Part shown: one piece after another, positions 53,901 through 64,000 of the stretch
Layout of the letters: every line of letters begins with the position of its first letter
Position numbering within the stretch: position 1 is the first letter of the stretch
Assembly: GCF_036365525.1 (NCBI RefSeq)
Contig: NC_090399.1
Location: 50,686,430 to 50,750,429 of the forward strand
Length of the DNA: 64,000 bases
Reading direction: 5' to 3'
Origin: Heterodontus francisci
Taxonomy: Eukaryota
Made by a program: the position numbers and the translations under genes
The notes under the pieces: model-generated
The model's input: only the letters and a program-made list of their open reading frames with translations
Database searches by the model: none
Told to the model about the DNA's origin: nothing

Positions 53901-55277
53901 GGTAGCAGATTCAGAAGGTAAACTATGGAAACTCAAAAAATGCGTCAATGGCCTTCATGATACTTCCAGGGTGTGGTATTTCTCAGTGAGATCTGTTCTG
54001 CTGAAAATTGGTTGTATTCAACTAAAGCAGACCCTGTTTTATTGGTATCATAAAGGGAAACGTTTAGGCATTTTCTTGATACACGTGATGACTTCTTATG
54101 GGGTGGTACTGCAGAATTTGATAAATGTGTTATTAATAAGATTAGAGTATAATTTAAGATTGGGAGTCAGGCTTGTGGGGCTTTTAAATATATTGGTTTA
54201 GATATTAAGCAGAGTAGGTCTGGAATAACTTTAAATCAACAATCCTATTTCGAGAGTGTTACTCCCATCCCGGTTAATCATGCTAGGTCATCACAGAAAG
54301 ATGATGTTATCGTTAAAGGAGAGACAGAGCAATTGAGATGCTTGATTGGTCCATTGAACTGATTTTGCACTCAGACTAGACCAGATGCTAGTTTTGTAAG
54401 TACTATGATGAAACACCCAAAAGTTGAGAATGTTTAAAGGGCAAATAAAACATCAAAAATATTACATCTGGAGAAATGTGTACTTAAGTTCCCATCCTTC
54501 AGTGACTCAAAGAATATGAAACTAGTCATTTTTAGTGATGGTTTACATGCAAATCTCCCTTATGGGTATTCGAGTGCAGCTAATTTCATAATATTTTTGA
54601 TGAGTCAAAATGTTGTCCTATAGCTTGGGAACCTAAGAAGACAAAATGGGTGTTAAAAGTACTTTAGCTGCAGAAACACCATCTCTTGTGGAGGCAGTGG
54701 AGATGGGGTTCTATTTGTCAAATATTTTAGGTGAGATTCTGTACAAGGGGCATACTGAAGACAAAATACCCATTGAATGTTATGTACATAATTGTTCCTT
54801 ATGGGACAATGTACACTCTACAAAAAGTGTGAGCAAAGAAAAGGTTACCGATTGACCTTGCTGGATTGATTCAAATGCTGGACAGAAAGGAAACCTCCAA
54901 AATGAAATGTGTCCGTGCAAGTCAACAACTATCTGATTGTTTTATGAAAATAAATGCTTTTGTAAAGAAATTGTTAGGGGTCCTAAAGGAGGGGCATCTC
55001 ACAATGTAATGCTTTATACAGAATATGAAAGTTATTTTGATTTGTTTTGAAATGTCTGTGCATGTTAAACTCTAAATTTTATTTTTTAATCATATGCAGG
55101 TGGAGGGTATTAATTAGGGTCTTGTGTATATATAAGGAGACATTTACTGAAACAGGGTGAAGGCTTGAGTGAGGAGCTGCATGTTTGTAATCTTTTTAAT
55201 TTGTAAAATAAATGCAAAACTGAGTAAAGATTGGTTCCAGCATAATTCTTCAACAACAAGCTTTCTGGAATATAACA
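50935..55277 (+). mobile_element. Degenerate Ty1/copia LTR retrotransposon (gag-PR-IN-RT-RH order) with 3' LTR remnant
   Basis: Zn knuckle CFRCDSKYNYAMNC (51390-51431); protease AMLDSACTSTVSG (about 51583-51620); integrase LHKQFAH, CEICK, VAMDL, AESPFSNGLCERNH and WKGPGKV; RT WICTEK, ARLVGR.FEE, IDIKAAFLQG, LWKLKKCVNGL and frameshifted HVDDF (about 54082); RNase H IFSDG, KSTLAAET and QLSDCF. LTR-like end with TATATAA and AATAAA, terminating in AACA at 55277. Confidence 0.88.
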
Positions 55278-55660
55278 GGTGATCTTATTGGAACATATAA
55301 GATTCTGAGGGGTGGAACAGGGTAGATTCTGAGAGGATGTTTCCCTTCAAGGGGGAATCTAGAACTGGGGGATCAGTGTCAAAATAAGGGATGTTCATTT
55401 TAAGGTGGAGATGAGGAGGAATCTCTTCTCTCACAGGGTCATTAATCTTTGGAATTCTCTTTCCCAGAGAGCAGTGAAGGCTGGGTCATTGAATATATTC
55501 AAGGCTGAGTTAGATAGATATTTCATCTAGAAGGGAGTCGAGGGTTATGGGGGCTGGCAGGAAAGTGGAGTTAAGGCCACAATCAGATCAACCATGATCT
55601 ATTGAGAGGCAGAGCAGGCTTGAGGGGCCAAATGGTCTACTGCTCCTATTTATTGTGTTA
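55278..55660 (+). mobile_element. CR1 LINE 3' end
   Basis: Matches the 3' end of the 4575-7200 CR1 (GGATGTTTCCC...GAGATGAGGAGGAA...GAGGGGCCAAATGG). Confidence 0.8.
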
Positions 55661-57020
55661 AGTGCAGTCTGTGAGCGGGATCACAGGGTGAAACAGTGCT
55701 CAATATAACTACAGTCTGGCAGTCTGGCCATGTGATTGCAAGTTATGCAGAGTACAGTACAACTACATTCTGGGAGTACGATCACAGAGTGAAACAGTGC
55801 ACAATATAACTACAGTCTACAAATGGCATCACAGGTGAGACAGTGTATAGTATAACTACAGTCTAGGAGTGACATCGCAGGGTTAAAGAGTGCCCAGTCT
55901 GCAAGTCAGATCACAGGATGAAACAGTCTACAGTGTAATTATTGTCTGAGAACGAGAACACAGGATGAAGCAATGCACAATGTAACTACAGTCTGGGAGT
56001 GAGATCACAGGGTGAAGCAGTGCACAGTGTAACTACCATCTGGTAACGGGATCACAGGTGAAACAATGTACAGTATAACTACAATCTGGGAGTGAAATCA
56101 CAAGGTAAAACAGTGTACAATATAACAAGTGTCTGCAAGTAAGATCACAAGGTGTACAGTGTAAGTACAGTCTGGTAATGGGATCACAGGATGAAACAGT
56201 GCATAGTTTAACTACAGTCTAGGAATGAGATCACAGGGTTAAACAGTGTACAGTTAAACTACAGTCTGGTAATGGGTTCACATGGTGAAACAGTGTACTG
56301 TTTAATTACAGTCTAGGAATGGAATCACAAGGTGAAACAGTGTATCGTTTAACTACAGTCTAGGAATGAGATCATGGGGTTAAACAGTATTCAGTTTAAC
56401 TCGTCTGGGAATAAGATCACAGGGTTAAACAGTGCACATTGTAACTACAGTCTGGGAGTGAGATCATGGGGTTAAACAGTGCACATTGTAACTACAGTCT
56501 GGGAATAAGATCACAGGGTTAAACAGTGCACATTGTAACTACAGTCTGGGAGTGAGATCATGGGGTTAAACAGTGCACATTGTAACTACAGTCTGGGAGT
56601 GAGATCATGGGGTTAAACAGTGCACATTGTAACTACAGTCTGGGAATAAGATCACAGGGTTAAACAGTGCACATTGTAACTACAGTCTGGGAGTGAGATC
56701 ATGGGGTTAAACAGTGCACATTGTAACTACAGTCTGGGAGTGAGATCATGGGGTTAAACAGTGCACATTGTAACTACAGTCTGGGAATAAGATCACAGGG
56801 TTAAACAGTGCACATTGTAACTACAGTCTGGGAATGAGATCACAGGGTTAAACAGTGCACATTGTAACTACAGTCTGGGAGTGAGATCATGGGGTTAAAC
56901 AGTGCACATTGTAACTACAGTCTGGGAGTGAGATCACAGGGTTAAACAGTGCACATTGTAACTACAGTCTGGGAGTGAGATCATGGGGTGAAGCAGTGCA
57001 CATTTATAGCTGCAGTCTGT
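55660..57020. repeat. 47-bp tandem repeat (GGGGTTAAACAGTGCACATTGTAACTACAGTCTGGGAGTGAGATCAT)
   Basis: AGTGCACATT recurs at 56431 and 56478 (period 47); degenerate copies extend left to about 55660. Confidence 0.93.
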
Positions 57021-57974
57021 GAAGTACTTCCTATTGATAAATTCTCTTGAAGTGAGAGACAGAGCTAAGATTGTAAAGTTTGTAACTATGTTGCCTATAG
57101 TCAATCTCCAGAGTCTGGGATCGTGACAATATAGTATAGACAGGGCTGTGTATGCATCATGCTAGCCAACACCTGATGTTTTCAGTTGTAAAAACAGAAA
57201 ATGCTGTAAACACTCTGGCAGCATCTATGGAGAGAGAGAGCGAGAGAGAGAGAGAGAGAGTTCTGGTGAAAGGTCACAGACCTGAAACATTAACACTATT
57301 TCTCTCTCCACAGATGTTGCCAGACTTCTGAGTATTTTCAGCATTTATTATTATTTCAGATTTCCAGCATCTGCAGTATTTTGCTTTCATACTGATGTTT
57401 TCAGTTGTCGCTGGTGTTTATCTGACTGCTCTGCTCTTCCCCGCCTCTTGCTTTGTCATCTGCCACGATGTGTCTCTGGGACTTTCCACAGCATCAAAGG
57501 GTGACCTGTGCCTGAAATAAGCAGTGTTCTCTTGGGAGGGGCCAGACCTGCTGCCTCTGGGAATTACAGGCAAGTTCAAACACGGGACCAGCTACAGTCA
57601 CCAGATACTCAGACCCCTCCTCAGCTCCCATCCTCCTCCCTGTGAAATCTGCCAATGTCACCCTACTTTCTCAAAAAAACCCACTCGGAACCCTCTGTTC
57701 TTCAAAACCATTACCCAATCTCCAACTGCCTGATCCTCCAAATTCGTTCAATGTGTTTTTGCCTTATATATCCGTTATTAACTTTCCAACAACTTCATGT
57801 TTGAATCCCTCCAATCAAGTTTCAATTGCTGCCACAGCACGGTTGGGGCTCCAATCAAACTAACAAATGAGATCCTAGGTGACTGAGACTGTGGTGAACT
57901 ATCCTTCCTCATCCTTTGCGACGTGTCTGCAGACTTTCACATGGTTGACCACTCTATTGTCCTCCAACAGTACG

Positions 57975-58330
57975 GCTCAAGGTCTGGACCTTTCTTCTGA
58001 TACTGTGGCACTGAGGGTCTGTTCAGTGTCTGGAGCTTGATTTGCATGTATGACTGGAAAGAGCTTGCTACCAATTGATCAAAATGGTGACATCTTCTCC
58101 ACCAAGCTGCATCATGCTTTGAGTCCAAACACCTTAATGATGAGGCAGAGATGAAAAGAAAAGGAAGCAAATCCTGCACTCCGGATCCCACTACCATGTG
58201 GGACGTCCTGCCCCATGTGCCCAAAGATCTGTGGGTCAATAATCAGTCTGTTCAGTCACATGAAGACCCATCGCAGAATCTCGTGACCCTGAGTGGACGT
58301 CATCCTTGAATCGAGGGACAGCTGACATCG
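57975..58330 (+). mobile_element. RTE-clade LINE 3' end fragment
   Basis: TGCCCCATGTGCCCAAAGATCTGT...AGTCACATGAAGACCCAT encodes CPMCPKICGSIISLFSHMKTH, the terminal C2H2-like motif of RTE ORFs. Confidence 0.55.
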
Positions 58331-58734
58331 ATGATGCATGAGAGTGATTGTGTGCACGCTCATGTGCAATGGTGTTAACATATTGAGATTGTCACACAAA
58401 TAAGAGGTGGCTCTGAATTGTCCCTAGAGCTCCACATCATTGATTATTTCTGAGAGCTATTTCTCGGAAGTTATGTGACAGAAAGTCCCTGAGCTGGGAA
58501 ACAGTCAGCTTTCAGTTTCAGAGTAAACAGCAGAGGGCACAGTGCCACCTCTCACAGTCCAACCGACCAATAGAAAATAGACAGTCCCCAGCATCAGCAG
58601 TTACTGGGTAAACCCTGAGGACAAACATCTTATTCTGCCCCACATTCTATCTGCTGTCCCAGTCACCCAGCACCCCCACCCAAGGGGCTAAACTAAGGCA
58701 GTGCATGAAGGTCACATCAAGCCCTCTCATACAG

Positions 58735-60255
58735 TCATGTAGTTATACAGCACAGAAACAGGCCCTTTGGCCCATCATGTCTGTGCTGGCCATCAAGCAC
58801 CTATCTATTCTAATCCCATTTTCCAGCACTTGGCCCATAGCCTTGTATGCTATGCTATGCTTCAAGTGCTCATCTAAATACTTCTGAAATGTTGGCAGGT
58901 TCCTATCTCTACCACCTCTTCAGGCAGTGCGTTCCAGATTCCAACCACCCTCTGGGTGAAATTTTTTTCCTCAAATCCCCTCTAAACCTCCTGCTCCTTA
59001 CCCTAAATCTATGCCCCCTGGTTATTGACCTCTCCGCTAAGGGAAAAAGTTTCTTCCTATCTACCCTATCTATGCCCCTCATAATTTTGCATACCTCAAT
59101 CATATCTCCCCTCAGCCTTCTCTGCTCTAAGGAAAACAACCCTAGCCTATCCAGTCTCTCTTCAAAGCTGAAAGGCTCCAGCCCAGGCAACATCCTGGTG
59201 AATCTCCTCAGCACCCTCTCCAGTGCAATCACATCCTTCCTATAGTGTGGTGACCAGAACTGTACACAGTACTCCAGCTGTGGCCTAACTAGCATTTCAT
59301 GCTGCACCATCACAACCTCCCTGCTCTTATATTCTATGCCTCGGCTAATAAAGGCAGGTATCCCATATGTTTTCCTAACCACCTTATCGACCTGTGCTGC
59401 TGCCTTCAGTGATCTATGGACAAGTACACCAAGGTCCCTCTGACCCTATGTACTTCCTAGGTGCCTACCACCTATTGTTTATTCCCTTACCTTGTTAGTC
59501 CTCCCAAAATGCATCACCTCACACTTCTCAGGATTAAATTCCATTTGCCACTGCTCCGCTCATCCTACCAGCCCATCTATATCGTCCTGTAATCTAAGGC
59601 TTTCCTCCTCATTTTTTACGACACCACCAATTTTCGTGTCATCTGCGAACTTACTGATTATACCTCCTATATTCACGTCTAAATCATTAATATACACGAC
59701 AAACAGCAAGGGAGCCAGCACCACTCCCTGCAGTACACCACAGGCTTCCAATTGCAAAAACAGCCCTCCTGCCACTCAGATAATTTTGGATCCAATTTGC
59801 CAAATTGCCCTGGATCCCATGGGCTCTTACCTTCTTAACCAATCTCCCACGCGGGACCTTATCAAAAGAAATTGGGCCGGCACAGTGGCGCAGTGGTTAG
59901 CACTGCAGCCTCACAGCTCCAGAGACCCGGGTTCAATTCTGGGTACTGCCTGTGTGGAGTTTGCAAGTTCTCCCTGTGATGGCATGGGTTTTCGCCGGGT
60001 GCTCCGGTTTCTTCCCACAGCCAAAGACTTGCAGGTGATAGGTAAATTGGCCATTGTAAATTGCCCCTAGTGCAGGTAGGTGGTAGGGAATATGGGATTA
60101 CTGTAGGGTTAGTATAAATGGGTGGTTGATGGTCAGCACAGACTTGGTGGGCCGAAGGGCCTGTTTCAGTGCTGCATCTCTAAATAAAAAAATAAATAAA
60201 AAAAACAAAAAAGCCTTACTGAAGTCCATGTAGACTACATCAACTGCTTTACCCA
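58735..60255 (-). mobile_element. CR1 LINE RT-3' fragment, interrupted by a SINE
   Basis: ORFs 58909..59382 ([15 protein letters not shown]) and 59560..59775 (YINDLD...SKFADDTK); VDVVYMDFSKAF resumes after the SINE. Confidence 0.9.
59875..60200 (+). mobile_element. HE1-like SINE
   Basis: CAGTGGCGCAGTGGTTAGC head, GGTTCAATTC B box, same tail as the intron-1 copies and an A-rich end. Confidence 0.85.
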
Positions 60256-60690
60256 TCTCCCTCACTCTCTCTTTCTCTCTCTCTCCCTTTCTCTCTTCCA
60301 CTCTGTCTCCTCCTTCCTCTCTCTCCCTCTCCCACTCCATCCCACTCTCTCTCTCCCTTTCACTTTCTCCCCCTCTCTTGCACTCTCCCTCATCCTTTCC
60401 CTTCCCATCCCGCTATCTCCCTCTTACCCTCCCTCACTTTCTTACTCTCTTTCTCCCTTTCCCTCTCCTTTACACTCTCTCCTGTTACGTTTTTGTGCAA
60501 TATCACAACAGCTCCCTCTCCCTCTCTATGCCCTCCCCTTCTTACTTTCCCATGCCCTCTCCCTTTGCTCATCTGCACCCTCTTTCACTTTCTTCCTCTG
60601 TCACTCCCTCTTACTCACCCTTGCCCACTCCCATTTACTCTCTGGAATTCCTCCTGAGACCTCTCAGTCTCTCTATCCCTCTTTCCTACT
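60255..60690. repeat. Polypyrimidine (CT-rich) low-complexity tract
   Basis: Strongly C/T-biased on the + strand. Confidence 0.85.
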
Positions 60691-60954
60691 GTAAGACACT
60701 CGTTAAAACCTTACTCCATTTCCAAGCTTTTGGCCATTTGCCCAAATATCATATTACGTGGCTCAGTGTCAAATTTTGCTACATAGCTTCGGATGCTTTA
60801 TTACATTAAAAACACGAAATACAAGTTGCTGTGATATTAACTGTAGTTTGACTAGATCACCACTGGTGTGTGTTATGTTTACTGTCGTTTAGAGACAGGA
60901 TCCTCACTGGTGTGGTTTATTTACTGTTGTTTTGTAACTCGATCCTCATTAATG

Positions 60955-61590
60955 TAAAATAAAAACAGAAAATGCAGAAATACTCAGCAGGTCTGTGGAG
61001 AGAAAGAGTTAATGTTTCAGCTTGATGCCATTTCAATAGAACTGGGAAAAGTTCGAAATATTGAAGTGTTGAGCAAGTGAAATGGGGGAGAGTGGGAAGA
61101 ACAAAAGGGAAGGTCTCTGGTACGGTGGAGGGCAGGAGAGATTAAATGACAAAATGTTTCATGGTGCAAGGCCAAAGGGAGTGGTAATGGGACAAGAAAC
61201 AAAAGATGTGTATAGAAGAGGTGTTAATGGCAGGATCCTAAACAGTTGCTGACTGAAAACAAAGAAAAATAAATGAGAGAAACTAGAGAGATAAAACAAA
61301 CAAACCAGCAAAGGTAAAGGAAACAAAGTGGGGTAAGAGGTTATGATCAAAAATTGTTGAACTTGGTGTTCAGTCCGGAAGGCTGTAAAGTGCCCAGTCG
61401 AAAGATGAGGTGCTGTTCCCCAAGCTTATGTTGAACTTCATTTGAATACTGCGGGAGGCCAAGGACAGAAATGTCAGAGTGGGAGCAAGGTGGAGAATTG
61501 TAGTGGTAGGCAACCGGAAGCTCGGGGTCATGCTTGCAGACTGAACCAAGATGTTCCACAAAGCAGTCACCCAGTATGTGTTTGTCTCCC
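60955..61590 (-). mobile_element. Penelope-like fragment with tail
   Basis: ORF 61347..61595 GDCFVEHL...ELPVAYHYNSPP...EQHLIFRLGTLQPSGLN. Confidence 0.75.
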
Positions 61591-61799
61591 CTCATTATTT
61601 ACTGTGGTTAAGAATCTGGATCCTCCCTGTTGTGCATTTACTTCTGTAATTTAGTGACTAGGCCTTCACTAATGTGTTATATTTACAGTGGTTTAGTGAA
61701 TGAATGTTCACTAGTGCATCATATTTATGACGCTTTGGTGATGAGATCCTTCATGGTGTGTGTTATATTTGTATATGGCTAGACCCTCACATAGCATTA

Positions 61800-62450
61800 C
61801 ATTGAATTACACAGGATATATGACACAGAAACAGGCCATTTGGCCCAACCAGTGCTTGCTGGCATTTATATTCTATTTGAACCTCCTCCCATCTTTCCTT
61901 ATCTAAATCTATCAGCGTAACCCTTTATTCCCTTCTCCCTCATATGCTTGTCTAGCTTCTCCTTAAATGCATCTACACTGATCACTTCAACCACTCTCTG
62001 TGGTAGCAGGTTCCACATTTTCACCACTCTTTGGGTAAAGAAGTTTCTTCTGAATTCCCTATTGGATGTCTTGGTGACTACCTTATATTGATGGCCTGTA
62101 GTTATACTTTTCCCCACAAGTGGAAACATTCTGTCTGTATTCACTCTATCAAAACCTTTCATAATTTAAGACCTCTATTAGGTCACCCCTCAGCCGCCTT
62201 TTACAAGAGGAAAGGGAGCCAGCTTGTCAATCCTTTCCTGCTATGTATCCCCACGTATTTCTGGTATCATCCTCATAAATCTCCTCTGCACCCTCTCCAC
62301 TGCCTCTATATCCTTTTTATAATATGGCAACCATAACTGCAAACAGCACTCTAGGTATGGTCAAACCAAGGTTCGATACAGGTTTAGCATAACTTCCCTA
62401 CTTTTAATTTCTAGCCCTCTAGAAATAATGTCGAGTGCTTGGTTTGCTAA
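61800..62450 (-). mobile_element. CR1-like LINE 3' end
   Basis: ORF 61899..62162 RMFPLVGKSITTGH...RRNFFTQRVVKMWNLLP. Confidence 0.8.
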
Positions 62451-64000
62451 TAAAGGTGAATGCTATATTTTCTGTAGTTTAGTGACTCAATCCTCACCGT
62501 GTGTTTATATTTATTACAGTTTAGAGACTGGAATCTTACTAGTGTGGTTAATATTTATGATGATTTAGTGACTGGACCCAAAATGCAGTGTGTTATAGCT
62601 ACCTGAGTTTAGTGATGACACCATCATTGGCGTGTTTTATATTTAAAATTGTTTATTGACTAAATCCTCAAAGGTGAAAGTTATATTTACTGCAATTTCA
62701 TGACTAGACCCCCACCGGTGTGTATTTAGTGCACTTGAGAGATTGGACCCTCACTGGTGTGTGTTATGTTTAGTGTCGTTTAGAGAGTGGACCCTTCACT
62801 GGTGTTACATTTACGGTGGTATAGTGAGTACATCTCACTGGAACAGGTTATATTTACTGTAGTTTAGAGAGTTGCGCTCACTGGTGTGGTTTATGTTTAC
62901 TGTACTCTGTGACTGGACCTTCACTAGTGTGATTTATATTGACTGTATTCTAGTGATTGTACCCGCACTAGTGTGATTTATATTTACAGTAGTTTAGGGA
63001 CTGGCTCCTCACTTGTCTCATTCATATTTGATGCAATTTATTGGCTGAACCCTCACTGGTGTGGTTTATATTAACTGCAGTTTAGTGACTGGATCCTCAT
63101 TGGTGTGGTTTATATTTAATGCATTTTATTGACTGGACCCTCACTGGTGTGGATTATATTTACTGTAGCTTAGTGACTGGACCTCACTGGTATGGATTAT
63201 ATTTAATGCAGTTTAGTGACGGGACCCTCACGGGTGTGGTTTATATTTACTGTAGTTTATTGACTGGACCCTCACTGGTGTGGATTATATTTACTGTAGC
63301 TTAGTGACTGGACCTCACTGGTATGGATTATATTTAATGCAGTTTAGTGACGGGACCCTCACGGGTGTGGTTTATATTTACTGTAGTTTAGTGACTGGAT
63401 CCTCATTGGCGTGGATTATATTTACTGTAGTTTAGTGACTGGCCCTCACTGGTGTGGTTTATATTTACTGTAGTTTAGTGACTGGCCCTCACTGGTGTGG
63501 TATATATTTACTGTAGTTCAGTGACTGGACCTCACTGGTGTGGTTTATATTTAATGCATTTTATTGACTGGACCCTCACCGGTGTGGATTATATTTACTG
63601 TAGCTTAGTGACTGGATCCTCACTGGTGTGGTTTATATTTACTGTAGTTTTGTGACTGGACCCTCACTGGTGTGGTTTATATTTACTGTAGTTTAGGGTC
63701 TGGACCCTCACTGGTGTGGATTATATTTACTGTAGTTTAGTGACTGGACCTCACTGGTGTGGTTTATATTTAATGCATTTTATTGACTGGACCCTCACCG
63801 GTGTGGATTATATTTACTGTAGTTTTGTGACTGGACCCTCACTGGTGTGGTTTATATTTACTGTAGTTTAGGGTCTGGACCCTCACTGCTGTAATTTATA
63901 TTTAATGCATTTTATTGACTGGAGCCTCACTGGTGTGGGTTATATTTACTGTAGTTTATTGCCTTGATCCTCACTGGTGTGGTTTATATTTACTGCAGCT
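62440..64000. repeat. 43-45-bp tandem repeat (GACTGGACCCTCACTGGTGTGGTTTATATTTACTGTAGTTTAGT), running off the window end
   Basis: Visible periodicity, e.g. 63437 and 63480; older degenerate copies at about 60830-60950 and 61590-61800. Confidence 0.93.

Noticed and set aside
41863-60200. tRNA genes
   Set aside because: The A/B boxes belong to SINE heads followed by LINE-derived tails; no complete cloverleaf was seen.
60350-60600. IRF-like TTTCACTTTC motifs
   Set aside because: They lie within a CT-rich low-complexity tract where such matches are expected by chance.

Overview
Vertebrate genomic DNA, almost certainly from a cartilaginous fish (shark): it carries HE1-type and DeuSINE-type SINEs, CR1, L2 and Penelope debris and a shark-type beta-2-microglobulin. 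The only host gene I can support is a complete 4-exon b2m on the + strand (CDS join 41534-41588, 43521-43793, 45014-45024; 112 aa). Its promoter has an ISRE and an X1/X2-Y module with 20-bp spacing. About 24 kb upstream is a 33-bp tandem array (about 9973-33168 and 34727-35915). The array has higher-order structure and only three frame-shifting indels that I could find, one + strand frame (NPQLTPPDPTD)n appears free of stops, and it is split by a 1.55-kb unique island. The rest is decayed, often nested retroelements, including a degenerate Ty1/copia (GalEa-like) element and a solo LTR, plus 47-bp and ~44-bp satellites. Several non-repetitive islands around b2m carry NF-kB/IRF/STAT/AP-1 motif clusters, suggesting a distributed interferon-responsive regulatory domain. 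No CRISPR array or prokaryotic system is present. All motif and family calls were made by eye, and repeat boundaries are approximate.
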